From assembly GCA_963725615.1 (NCBI GenBank), contig CAVRZO010000005.1, positions 33,710 through 97,709 of the forward strand: a stretch of 64,000 nt of DNA, given 5' to 3'. Positions 10,125-20,398 of this stretch are shown here, piece by piece; positions within the stretch are counted from its first letter, which is position 1; each line of letters opens with the position of its first letter. The notes below the pieces were generated by a model. It was not told the DNA's origin and did not search any database. It saw nothing but the letters and a program-made list of their open reading frames with translations. Both the position numbers and the translations under genes were made by a program. Source of the DNA: Terriglobia bacterium (lineage in GTDB: Bacteria > Acidobacteriota > Terriglobia > Terriglobales > Acidobacteriaceae).

Positions 10125-12050
10125 ATGTGCGGCATTTTCGGCATTCTCGCGAGCGGCGGCTCCGTTTCTCCGAAACTTCTGGAGCAGACCACCGATTCGC
10201 TGGCGCATCGCGGGCCTGACGATCGGGGGACCGTCGTCATTCAATCCAACTCTACGCCGCGCGTTGAAATTGGTTTGGGCAACCGCCGCCTGGCGATTCT
10301 CGATCTTTCGCCGCTGGGCCATCAGCCCATGCAGGATCCTGAAACCGGAAACTGGATCGTCTACAACGGCGAAATATACAACTTCCGCGAACTCAGGACG
10401 CGACTGCAGAGCGAAGGCGCACGCTTTGTCAGCCAGTCCGATACAGAGGTTCTGCTGAAAGCTTATGGCCGCTGGGGCGAGAAGTGTCTGGGCGAGCTGC
10501 GCGGAATGTTTGCTTTCGCCATTTGGGACGCCAGGCGCTCGCGTCTGCTGCTAGGACGCGACCCCATGGGCATCAAACCGCTTTACTACTGTTCCGTCGG
10601 GCAGAATTTTCTGTTCGCTTCTGAACTGCGCACTCTGTTGGGTACGGGGCTAGTTCCGCGGCGGCTGGATCCTGCTGGTCTCATCAACTACCTGAATTTT
10701 GGATCGGTCTACGATCCTATGACCATGATCGCAGGCGTCTCCGCGCTGGAGGCCGGCCACTACGCCGTCTGGGAAAACGGGCGGGTGACCGATTCAATTT
10801 ACTGGGACCTTGCACCCCACGGCCGGGCCGGCACGGCTTCGAGTTATCTCGCGGGCAACGCGACCGCGCGGAAAGCTCTGGAAGAGGACGTGGACGCCAC
10901 GCTCGACCAGGCCGTTCGCATGCAGACCGTCAGCGACGTTCCGGTTGGGCTGTTTCTTTCCGGTGGCATTGACTCCAGCAGCCTGGCTGGCATCCTGAGC
11001 CGGGCGGGAATCCGGCTCAACACGTTTTCCATAGTTTTTCGCGAGGCGGAGTACAACGAATCCGAATATTCGCGCGCCGTGGCCCGGGCCTTTGCCTCGG
11101 AGCATCAGGCGATCATGGTTTCGCAGCGTGATGTGCTGGATGCCATCCCGTATGCGCTGAAGGCCATGGACCAGCCCACGATTGACGGTCTGAATACTTT
11201 TCTCATCGCCCGGCAGACCCGCGCCGCCGGCATCAAGGTGGCGCTCTCGGGTCTGGGCGGGGATGAACTCTTCGCCGGATACTCAACTTTTCGCGACGTT
11301 CCCCGCATGGAACGCTTCGAGCGATTCTGGGGGCGGTTTCCATCCATCCTGCGACAGCCGCTGGCGCGCATATTTTCTTCCCTGTCACCGGACACGGATC
11401 AGAACCGAAAACTCACCACGCTCGGGGGCGGACGACACAGGGCTCTGCATCCCTACTTTCTGGCGCGCGCACTCTTTACCCCCGAACAGCGCGATTCTTT
11501 GCTGACGTCTGTCGATGAGGGCGCCTTGGCACGAGCCACTGCTCCCTTGAAGGAAGACTTGCGCTGCGCTGGGGCGCTCGACCCGATCAATCGAGTTTCC
11601 TACCTGGAAGCGCGTTGCTACATGTTGAATACGCTGCTGCGAGATTCCGACGTGATGAGCATGGCCCACGGACTCGAGCTGCGAGTGCCGCTCATCGATC
11701 ATCAGCTTGCCGACAAGCTGTTGGCCCTGCCCGGCGCCTGGAAACTGGATAGCGAAGTGCCGAAGCCGCTTCTGGTCGGGGCCTTGAAAGGAAAGTTGCC
11801 GAACGAAATTGTTCATCGCAAGAAGCAGGGTTTCACTCTGCCATTTGAGCGCTGGCTGCGGGAGAATTTGCGGGTTGAAATGGAAGCCGCGCTGCCGAAA
11901 ATCGGCCAGGGCCCACTGGGATCGTTGCTCAACTACGATGCCGTTGCACGAGTCTGGGATGATTTCCTGAGTCAACGAACATCATGGTCGCGCATCTGGT
12001 CGCTGTATGTGCTGCAGCAGTGGTGCGAGCTGAATTCGGTGTCGGCGTAA
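10125..12050 (+). CDS. asparagine synthase (glutamine-hydrolysing) family amidotransferase, copy 1
   Basis: N-terminal nucleophile MCGIFGIL. GATase-2 motifs: HRGPDD, RRLAILDLSPLGHQPM, YNGEIYNF. Synthetase PP-loop: GLFLSGGIDSS. Start chosen so that Cys follows the initiator Met (ORF track starts 6 nt earlier). GGAGG lies upstream. Confidence 0.85.
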   Translation: MCGIFGILASGGSVSPKLLEQTTDSLAHRGPDDRGTVVIQSNSTPRVEIGLGNRRLAILDLSPLGHQPMQDPETGNWIVYNGEIYNFRELRTRLQSEGARFVSQSDTEVLLKAYGRWGEKCLGELRGMFAFAIWDARRSRLLLGRDPMGIKPLYYCSVGQNFLFASELRTLLGTGLVPRRLDPAGLINYLNFGSVYDPMTMIAGVSALEAGHYAVWENGRVTDSIYWDLAPHGRAGTASSYLAGNATARKALEEDVDATLDQAVRMQTVSDVPVGLFLSGGIDSSSLAGILSRAGIRLNTFSIVFREAEYNESEYSRAVARAFASEHQAIMVSQRDVLDAIPYALKAMDQPTIDGLNTFLIARQTRAAGIKVALSGLGGDELFAGYSTFRDVPRMERFERFWGRFPSILRQPLARIFSSLSPDTDQNRKLTTLGGGRHRALHPYFLARALFTPEQRDSLLTSVDEGALARATAPLKEDLRCAGALDPINRVSYLEARCYMLNTLLRDSDVMSMAHGLELRVPLIDHQLADKLLALPGAWKLDSEVPKPLLVGALKGKLPNEIVHRKKQGFTLPFERWLRENLRVEMEAALPKIGQGPLGSLLNYDAVARVWDDFLSQRTSWSRIWSLYVLQQWCELNSVSA

Positions 12051-12071
12051 GAGGATTGGAAGCGCCACAGA

Positions 12072-12193
12072 CCACGTGAGGACAGCCGCCCTCGGCTGTC
12101 CGGGGAGGAACGCTCCGCGAGGTCTTAGCTCTCCACAAGAAGGACGTCGAGCTTCGCTCGATGGGACAGCCGAGGGCGGCTGTCCCCACGTGG
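12072..12193. repeat. REP-like inverted pair of a 30-nt GC-rich palindromic unit
   Basis: CCACGTGAGGACAGCCGCCCTCGGCTGTCC (12072-12101) and GGACAGCCGAGGGCGGCTGTCCCCACGTGG (12164-12193) are reverse complements with 1 mismatch. Each unit contains a 9-bp stem GGACAGCCG/CGGCTGTCC with a 4-nt loop. They lie in the spacer after the amidotransferase stop. Confidence 0.7.
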
Positions 12194-12253
12194 ATCAATG
12201 GAAGCCCGGCCTCCATCCCACACGATGTAATATGTTCACAGCCTTCCACTGCA

Positions 12254-13155
12254 ATGCAGAAATTAGAAGAAGCCCGGGCGATCCAGGTAGCTGCCCCGCT
12301 CGCGTCACTTCCTGTGAGCGTGATCGTTCCGGCGCGAAACGAGGCCAGCAACCTGCCACGCTGCCTGGAATCGTTGCGCGGGGTGGGCGAAGTCTATGTC
12401 GTCGATTCGCAAAGCAGCGACGGCACGTGCGGAGATCGCACGCTCTTTCGGCGCCAGGGTAGTCCAGTTCCACTACGCCGGCGGCTGGCCCAAGAAGCGC
12501 CAGTGGGCGATGGATACGCTTCCGCTCGCCTATGACTGGGTATTTCTGCATCGATGCGGACGAAGCTCTGACTCCCGAACTGGCCGAGGAAATACGGCAC
12601 GCAATTCAGGATCCGCGCTTCGACGGTTACTACATCGCGTTGCAGATGTTTTTCCTGGGCCGGGTACTGCGCCACGGCGACGCCGGATTTTACAAGCTCT
12701 CGCTATTCCGGCGCGGGAAGGGTCGCTTCGAGTGCCGCTTGAAAGACCAGGACGCCTCCATGGCAGACATGGAAGTGCATGAGCATATCGTCGTGCAGGG
12801 CAAGAGCGCGACGCTGAGAAATCCTTTGCTGCATCACAACGTGGAATCTATCTCGCGCTACATTCAGAAGCACGATGAGTATGCGAACTGGGACGCGCGG
12901 GTGTGGCTCGAGGGTGAAGCGAATTCCGCGGAACTGCCGCCATCTCTGTTTGGAAGCCAGGCCCAGCGGCGGCGCTGGCTGCGCAAGAGATTGTTCACGC
13001 TCCCCGGTTCGTCATTGCTGTTGTTCATCTACCGATATTTCTTCCGCCTGGGATTTCTCGATGGCGTGCCCGGTCTGATCTACTGCGGCTTTCAAGGAAT
13101 CCAGTTTTTTCACATCAAAGCCAAGATCTACGAGTTGCGGAACCGGAAGGATTGA
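12254..13155 (+). pseudogene. glycosyltransferase family 2, frame-disrupted as assembled (2 breaks, near 12425 and 12545)
   Basis: MQKLEEARAI...VSVIVPARNEASNLPRCLESLRGVGEVYVVDSQSSDGT|AEIARSFGARVVQFHYAGGWPKKRQWAMDTLPLAYDWVF|LIDADEALTPELAEEIRHAI...GYYIALQMFFLGRVLRHGD.... A GT2 DxD region (IDADE) is present. Confidence 0.7.
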
Positions 13156-13164
13156 CGCGGGCAC

Positions 13165-15148
13165 ATGTGCGGAATTAGCGGGTTGGCCAATTGCGGAGAT
13201 AAAGAAATCCTGGCGCGCATGACGGCGATTCAGGCTCACCGCGGTCCGGACGACTCCGGCCTGTGGGAGCAGCGCTTTCCTGACGGCTCTTACTTTGCCC
13301 TGGGCAGCCGACGCCTTGCGATTCTCGATCTCTCTCCCGACGGCCACATGCCGATGAGCAATCCGCAGCGCACGTTGTGGATTACCTACAACGGCGAAAT
13401 CTACAACTTCCGCGAATTGCGCCACGAGTTGCAAGCGAAGGGATACCGCTTCGTCTCGGAAAGCGATACCGAAGTAGTGCTCCACCTCTATGAGGAAGAA
13501 GGCCCGGACTGCGTCAAGCGGCTGAACGGAATGTTCGCCTTCGCGATTTGCGATCTTCGCTCTGGTACTCCCAGTCTCTTCGTGGCGCGCGACCACTTCG
13601 GAGTGAAACCCTTCTACTACGCGCACCAGGGCGAGCGGTTTGCGTTCGCGTCCGAGATCAAGGCCCTGCTGCAAGTGCCCGGCATTGACGCCGAGCTCGA
13701 TCCTGAAGCACTGCACCAGTATCTGACTTTCTTATGGGTGCCCGATCCTGGAACCATGTTCCGCGGAATTCAAAAGCTGCCCGCGGGCCACTACGGCGTA
13801 TTCCGTGACGGCCAGCTCAAGCTTACGAAATATTGGGACCTGACTTTTCCCTCTGCCGATGCTTCCTACGCAAAGTCGGAGGACGATCTGGCGGAAGAAA
13901 TTCGGGAGCGATTCCGGCGTTCCGTAGAAAGCCAGATGATCAGCGACGTTCCGATTGGCGCCTTTCTCAGCGCCGGTCTGGATTCGTCCAGCATCGTCGC
14001 CATGATGTCGCAAGCCAGCCAGCAGCCGGTGCGCACTTATACCATCACGTTTCCGGACAAGTACCGCGTCGGTGAAAATGCGCTTGACGATCCCGACGTT
14101 GCCACTCGCCTGGCGCGCCGATTGGGATGTGAGAACCAGCGCATCGTGGTCGAGCCCGATGTGGCCGAGCTGCTGCCCCGACTCACGTGGCACATGGACG
14201 AGCCTACCGCCGACCCCGCCATCATTCCTGCCTACCTGGTCTGCCGCGAGGCGCGAAAGCAGGCGACGGTCCTGCTCTCCGGCGTAGGCGGCGACGAGCT
14301 TTTTGCGGGATACCGCAAGCACTCCGCGCACTACTGGGCCGAGGCCTATCAGCGTGTTCCCGCTGCGGCGCGCGGTCTGATTGCCGGAACGGTTGCGGGT
14401 CTTCCCAACTTTCGCGGCACATCGGTGAAGGGAAGCATGCGCCTGATGAAGAAAATGACGCGCAGCGCATCGCTCTCGCCGGTGGAGCGCTTCATGATGA
14501 ATTGCACTTATCTGGACGCCGAGCAGAAGACTTCGCTTTACGCGCCAGCATTCGGGCGAGAGATTTTCGGGTCCGATCCTGCCGTTCGTCACCGCGCCGG
14601 TTTCGCGCAGGTGGAGGGATCGGATTTCCTGAACCAGATGCTCTATCTCGATACCAAGATTTTCATGGCGAGCTTGAACCTCAACTACAACGACAAGATG
14701 AGCATGGCTTCGTCGGTCGAGGTTCGGGTGCCGTTTCTGGACCGCGAACTGGCCGAGTTCGTCGCCTGGAATGTTCCGCCAAGGCTGAAGCTCAAGGGAT
14801 TTTTCCGCCCCACCACCAAGTACATTTTCCGCCAGGCGATGAAAGATGTCCTTGCCCCGTGAAGTGTTATCGCAACCGAAGGCTGGTTTTGCGGCGCCGA
14901 TTGATTACTGGTTAGCCAATGACCTGAAAGAGATGACCGATGACCTGCTCTCCGAGTCGCGTATTCGCGAACGTGGCCTGTTCCGTCCCGAGGCCGTCCG
15001 CGGGTTCGTGGATCAGCATCGCCGCGGCACACAGGATTGGTCGATGCAGATTTGGCAATTCCTTACACTTGAACTCTGGATGCAAACCTTCCTCGACGGC
15101 AGCGCGCCGCACATGATGACAGACCTGGCCGGCCGCGCCACCGCATGA
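13165..15148 (+). pseudogene. asparagine synthase family amidotransferase, copy 2, frame-disrupted as assembled (1 break near 14850)
   Basis: MCGISGL..., HRGPDDSG, RRLAILDLSPDGHMPM, YNGEIYNF, PP-loop GAFLSAGLDSS. The C-terminus continues in ORF 14846-15148 (...VL|PREVLSQPKAGFAAPIDYWL...). Confidence 0.8.
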
Positions 15149-15176
15149 CAGGAATCCTGGAAAAATCAAACGCTGC

Positions 15177-16911
15177 ATGCTGATCCTCGGTCTCAACATG
15201 TTTCACGCGGACGCCTCCGCTGCCATCGTGCAGGATGGAGAAGTCGTGTTCGCGATTGCCGAAGAACGCCTCAACCGGGTGAAACACTACGCGGGATTTC
15301 CCGCGTTGGCGGTCAAGGCTTGTCTGGACGCGGTGGGCGCGCGCATCACCGATGTGGATCACGTGGCCGTGGGGCAGGACAGCGATGCCAACCTGGCGAA
15401 GAAAGTGCAGTATGCGCTGGCGAATCCCGCGAAGATTCTGAATTTTATCCGCCTGCGCCAGCGCAAGGAGGCCATGCGAGATGTGCGGTCGCTGCTGGCC
15501 AAAGCGCTCGATCGTCGATCCGAAAGAGCTTCGCTTTCAGGAGCATCACCTCGAGCACCACATCGCTCACATCGCCAGCGCCTACTACTGCTCGCCCTGG
15601 GAGAAGGCGGCTGGCTTCAGTTATGACGGCTCCGGCGATTTTGTTTCCACCATGATGGCGCTCTGCGAAGGCAATGAAATCAAAGTGCTGGAGCGTGTCT
15701 TTCTGCCGCATTCGCTGGGCAGCTTCTACACCATGATCTGCGAGTTCATCGGCTACAAGAAATACGGCGATGAAGGCAAGGTGATGGGACTTGCGCCCTA
15801 CGGGAAGGACACCTACTGCGAGCAGGTTCGCGAAATTATTCAACTTAGCGATTCTGCTTTTCGCCTTGACCTGGACTACTTCATGCCTCTGGGCAGCAAT
15901 CAGGGCATGCAGATTCAGGCTGACGGAACGGTTCGGCTGGCACGGCATTTTTCTGATCGCATGGTGCAGCTTTTCGGCGAGCCGCGTGAGCCTCACGCTG
16001 AAATCACGCAGCGCGACATGGATCTCGCCTACGCCATGCAGCATCGTTTCGAGGAAGTTTTCTTTCATCTGCTGAAGCAGCTGCACCAGCGTGTGCCTTC
16101 CGAAGATTTGGTCATGGCTGGGGGCTGCGCGCTGAACAGCGTGGCCAACGGGAAACTCTTTCAGCAAACCCCATTTCGGCGGACCTGGATCCAGCCTGCG
16201 GCCGGAGATGAAGGACTGGCCATTGGCGCGGCGTTACACACCTATCACTCAACGTTGCGGCAGCCGCGCCGTTACCAGATGAAGAATTCGTACCTGGGCC
16301 CGGAGTTTTCTGACTCGCGTATCGAATCGGACCTCAAGCAGGCAAATTTAAGCTATCGCAAGCTGGAACGGGAAGCGCTGCTCGACGCTGTGGCGGAACA
16401 GATTGCCGCAGGGAAGGTTGTGGGCTGGTTTCAGGGACGGATGGAATGGGGGCCGCGGGCGCTGGGCAATCGTTCGATCGTGGCCCATCCCGGGCTGCCG
16501 GACATGAAAGACGTGCTCAACGCGCGCATCAAGCATCGCGAGTGGTTCCGTCCGTTTGCGCCTTCGATTCTGGTGGAGCGACAAAGTGAGTATTTCGAGT
16601 ACGACCATCCTTCGCCGTTCATGCTTCATGTGTATAAGATTCGTCCCGAGAAGCGAGCGCAGCTTTGCGCGGTCAATCACGTGGATGACACGGGCCGGCT
16701 GCAGACTGTCAGCCGCGAGGAAAACCCGCTGTATTACGATCTGATACGGGCGTTTGAACGCAGGACGGGGATTCCCGTCATTCTGAATACCAGCTTCAAC
16801 GAGAATGAGCCAATCGTTTGTGCCCCGGAAGAGGCGATCGATTGCTTCAAGCGTACCCGCATGGACGTGCTGGCGCTCGGCCCATACCTAGTCCTCAGAA
16901 CTGAGAACTGA
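15177..16911 (+). pseudogene. carbamoyltransferase (NodU/CmcH family), frame-disrupted as assembled (1 break near 15500)
   Basis: MLILGLNMFHADASAAIVQDGEVVFAIAEERLNRVKHYAGFP...|...HHLEHHIAHIASAYYCSPW...GFSYDGSGD...SLGSFYTMICEFIGYKKYGDEGKVMGLAPYG...MAGGCALNSVANG...NTSFNENEPIVCAPEEAIDCF. These are typical NodU/CmcH signatures. Confidence 0.8.
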
Positions 16912-16918
16912 GAACTGA
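16898..16918 (+). repeat. tandem heptamer (GAACTGA)x3 spanning the carbamoyltransferase stop codon
   Basis: Read directly: tcaGAACTGAGAACTGAGAACTGAgaac. TGA occurs at 16902, 16909 (the in-frame stop) and 16916, which is one TGA in each of the three frames within 17 nt. Confidence 0.8.
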
Positions 16919-17001
16919 GAACAAATAACTGACCACAGGATTTTGAAAAATCCTTACGTTCGGCGCTAGGCCTCGCAACACTCAACGCTTCACACGGAAA
17001 C

Positions 17002-18096
17002 ATGGCTGCACACGACTCATCTCCGCCGGCCCGACCGAATCTTCTGAATGTGGTCCCGGTCGCTGTATTTCCACGTTTGAGGGCTCTGGCCTGGCGCGAT
17101 GATTGGCTTTATGCATCCCGCGGCTACTCTTTGTTGCGGGCAAGGATGAAGCTGACCTCAGACCCCATCGAGTGGCAGCCCGTGGCCCGCTATGTTCCCG
17201 CGTGGTGGAGAAATCTGAGCGCATCGTCGCGGCTTACCTTCCGTTTGTTTCGCGATGGTTTTCATGCGCTGGCGACGCTTGCCTCCGGGCACCTGGTCGC
17301 GGCGGTGCCTGGCGCGATTCTTACTGTTGCTCCCGGGGAAAGTGAGTTCAAGGTTTCTCACCGCGTGCTGCGTGGAACGCGGCCCTTACATTTTGCCTCT
17401 ACACCGGACGACCACGTCTTCTGGGGCGAGTACTTCGACAATCCGGCTCGTGAGGAGGTGCACATTTACGCCTCCACCGACCGGGGTTCTACGTGGGACG
17501 TTGCCTACACTTTCCTCCACGGTGCGGTTCGGCATGTACACAACATCGTTTACGACGAGTGGGCCAACTGCCTCTGGGTGCTTACCGGGGACAACGGTTC
17601 CGAGTGTCGCATTCTGCGTGTCTCCTGCGATTTCAAGAACGTGGATGTAATTCTCTCCGGCCATCAGCAGGCGCGCGCCGTAGCGTTGGTGCCCACCCCG
17701 GATGGACTGTATTTTTCTTCCGATACGCCGCTCGAATCGAACCACGTGTACCGTCTCGAGCGCGGCGGAACCCTCACTGAACTCGCACCATTGACCAGTT
17801 CCTCCATCTATGGATGCCGCGCCGGCCGCGGAATTTTCTTTTCCACCATGGTCGAGCCCAGCCCGGCGAATCCGGATTCCTACGTCCGACTTTTCGGCAG
17901 TCTTGACGGCTCTCACTGGCGTGACCTGATGCAGTGGAAAAAAGATGTCTGGCCGATGTCGCTCTTCCAGTATGGCAACGCTGTTCTGCCTGATGGGCGC
18001 AACGCCACAGAATTTCTGGCGCTGACTACGGTCGCGGTTGATGGCGACGATCTCAAGACCTCGATTTGGCGTGTCCTTCCCGCGAGCGTGCTATAG
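17002..18096 (+). CDS. hypothetical protein, probable beta-propeller with BNR/Asp-box-like motifs
   Basis: Uninterrupted 364-aa ORF. Asp-box-like S-x-D-x-G-x-(T/H)-W motifs: STDRGSTW and SLDGSHW. No signal peptide is obvious. No further family recognised. Confidence 0.5.
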   Translation: MAAHDSSPPARPNLLNVVPVAVFPRLRALAWRDDWLYASRGYSLLRARMKLTSDPIEWQPVARYVPAWWRNLSASSRLTFRLFRDGFHALATLASGHLVAAVPGAILTVAPGESEFKVSHRVLRGTRPLHFASTPDDHVFWGEYFDNPAREEVHIYASTDRGSTWDVAYTFLHGAVRHVHNIVYDEWANCLWVLTGDNGSECRILRVSCDFKNVDVILSGHQQARAVALVPTPDGLYFSSDTPLESNHVYRLERGGTLTELAPLTSSSIYGCRAGRGIFFSTMVEPSPANPDSYVRLFGSLDGSHWRDLMQWKKDVWPMSLFQYGNAVLPDGRNATEFLALTTVAVDGDDLKTSIWRVLPASVL

Positions 18097-18128
18097 TTCG
18101 GAAAACCAGCGCAATTTGCGTTTTTCCT

Positions 18129-19110
18129 ATGTCCGTTGCGGCTCGTCTGAACTACTACCGTCGCATTTCGAGCGCCTACTTGTTGCCGGGGAAGAGCCAG
18201 CTTACTTTCTGGCATGACCAGCCGCAGGTGAACTCCGACGCATCGGTCGGCCAACTTGGCGAATACTACATGCCCTTCGTCGAGAAGGCGGGCTACGCCG
18301 GACCGCACGATGCCGATGGCATTCCGCTGCTCAACTACCACGGCAACATCGGCCTGCAGTACAACCCCATCGCGATTGCGCAGTGGGGATTGGGAAACTT
18401 CAATCTTTTTCTGCGCTCGAAAGATGAGGAGCACAAACGGAAGTCTCTGGCCGCGGCCGACTGGCTGGTGAAACATCTGGAACCGAATGCCTTCGGCGTC
18501 CCGGTCTGGAATCACCTTTTTGACTGGGAGTACCGCACGCCATTGAAAGCGCCGTGGTATTCCGGGCTCGCGCAGGGGCAGGGAATTTCTTTGCTGGTGC
18601 GAGTCGCCCAGGAGACGGGCAGGTCTGATTATCTCGAGGCTGCCACTCGGGCCTTCACCAGTTTCTCGAAGTCGACTCAGGAAGGTGGAGTGGTTTTTAC
18701 CGACGAACGCGGTGACATCTGGTTCGAAGAGTACATCGTTTCGCCGCCAACCCATATCTTGAATGGCTTCATCTGGGCCGCATGGGGCGTATACGACTTC
18801 TTTCTCGCCACAAAGGAGAAAGCCGCGCAGGAATTGTTCAACCGGGCGGTCGAGACTCTGCGCAGGAATCTCGATCGCTACGACCTTGGATTCTGGTCGC
18901 TCTACGAGTTGTCGGGTACGCGCTTGCCCATGGTGGCCAGCCCTTTTTATCACCAGTTGCACGTCACGCAGTTGCGCCTGATGCACCGGCTGACCGGCAG
19001 ATGACGTGTTTTCCCAATACGCCGACCGCTGGGCGACATACGCCCGCAGCCGGACCAAGCGGACTCGCGCCCTGTGCTACAAGGGCGCTTTCAAGCTTTG
19101 CTATTACTAG
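18129..19110 (+). pseudogene. D-glucuronyl C5-epimerase C-terminal-domain-like protein, frame-disrupted as assembled (1 break near 18998)
   Basis: ATG at 18129 inside ORF 18066-19004. Sequence: ...LQYNPIAIAQWGLGNF...APWYSGLAQGQGISLLVRVAQETG...GGVVFTDERGDIWFEEY...THILNGFIWAAWGVYDF...FWSLYEL...YHQLHVTQLRLMHRLTG. My translation of the +1 frame adds DDVFSQYADRWATYARSRTKRTRALCYKGAFKLCYY*, stop 19108-19110. Confidence 0.6.
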
Positions 19111-19116
19111 GGACCC

Positions 19117-20381
19117 GTGAAGATCCTCTACGTCTCACAATATTTTCCGCCGGAGATGGGCGCGCCCGCCGCCCGGGTCGCTGAACTGTCACGCTACTGG
19201 GCGCAGGATCGTCACGAAGTTACGGTGCTGACGGGATTTCCCAATCATCCTACGGGCATTGTGCCCGCCGAGTACCGCCGTAAATTCCGACGTCTCGTCG
19301 CGCGCGAAAAGATTAATGGGGTGAACGTTGTCCGCACCTGGCTGTTGCCGTTTCCCAATCGCAGGACATACGAGCGCATGTTGAACTACAGCTCATTTTG
19401 CCTTTCGGCGGCCGCCACGGGATTGTTCACCGAACGCCCGGACGTTGTGATCGCCAGCTCTCCGCAGTTGCTGGTCGGCCTTGTCGGGCTGGTGGCTGGC
19501 GCGGTGCAAGCGGGCGCGTTTCGTCTTCGAGGTCCGAGATCTGTGGCCGGAGTCGCTTGGCCGCAGTAGGCGTGGGGAGCGCCGATTCGCTGGTGTATCG
19601 CTCACTGGCCCGGATTGCTGGATTTCTGTACCGCAACTCCGACCACATCGTCGTCGTGACTCCCGCGTTCAAGGAATATCTGGTGCAGCACTGGCGGGTC
19701 GCGTCGGAGAAGATTTCGGTGGTAGAGAACGGAGTCGAGGCGGAGCTGTTCAGTCCGAGGACGGAGAGCGCACTGCGATCTGAACTGGGTGCGGACGGAA
19801 AATTTGTCGTCTCCTACATCGGCACCATGGGCAACGCTCACGGTTTGGAGACTCTGGTCGAGGCCGCAGCGCAATTGCAGAATTCGGCGCCCAACATCTT
19901 GTTCGTGCTGGTGGGAGAAGGCGCGGAGAAGGAGCAACTGGTTTCCCTGGTGCGGTCGCGCGGCCTGACCAACCTGCGCTTCGTGGATCAGCAATCGCGG
20001 GAGAAGATCCCGGCCTATATTTGCGCCTCGGACGCTTGCTTGGTTCTGCTCAAGAAGAACGAAATATTCAAGACCGTCATTCCCAGCAAAATGCTGGAGT
20101 TCATGTCTTGCGCTCGTCCGGTGATTCTTGGGGTGGAGGGTCAGGCGCGGAAGATTCTTGAGGAGGCGCGAGCGGGAATTTGCATCGAGCCGGGAAATCC
20201 ATCGGAACTGGCGCAGGCCGTGTTGCATCTCGCCGGGGATGAACAACTCCGCGAAACGCTAGGCCGCAACGGGCGCCGCCATGTGCTGCAGCATTTCTCG
20301 CGCCGGCAAACTGCGATGGCATACCTCGACGTACTGCACGCTCTCATGGGGGAAGAGAAGCCGCAGGCCGCCGCTGCCTGA
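19117..20381 (+). pseudogene. glycosyltransferase family 1 (WcaI-like), frame-disrupted as assembled (2 breaks, near 19480 and 19560)
   Basis: (GTG)KILYVSQYFPPEMGAPAARVAELSRYWAQDRHEVTVLTGFPNHPTG...|SGWWLARCKRARFVFEVRDLWPESL|...VSYIGTMGNAHGLETLVEAA...LVGEGAEKEQL...IPSKMLEFMSCARPVILGVEG.... Confidence 0.75.
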
Positions 20382-20398
20382 ATCTGAACGACGAATAT

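Noticed and set aside
13012-14592. Long minus-strand ORFs 13012-13716 (234 aa) and 13732-14592 (286 aa)
   Set aside because: They are antisense to the second AsnB-type amidotransferase, whose plus-strand translation carries unmistakable family motifs. The antisense translations are Arg/Ala/Gly-rich with no motifs, which is typical of shadow ORFs in high-GC DNA.
8277-15148. Possible exosortase/PEP-CTERM system, suggested by the paired AsnB-type amidotransferases next to a large membrane protein
   Set aside because: Neither large membrane protein shows an exosortase-like conserved Cys-containing motif by eye. No protein in the window ends in a PEP motif plus TM plus Arg-rich tail. The idea would need an EpsH HMM search to revive it.
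17913-19058. 381-aa minus-strand ORF
   Set aside because: It is antisense to the C5-epimerase-like gene and the end of the beta-propeller gene. It has no recognisable motifs and a composition typical of GC-rich shadow frames.
19602-20246. 214-aa minus-strand ORF
   Set aside because: It is antisense to the WcaI-like GT1, which has clear family signatures on the plus strand.
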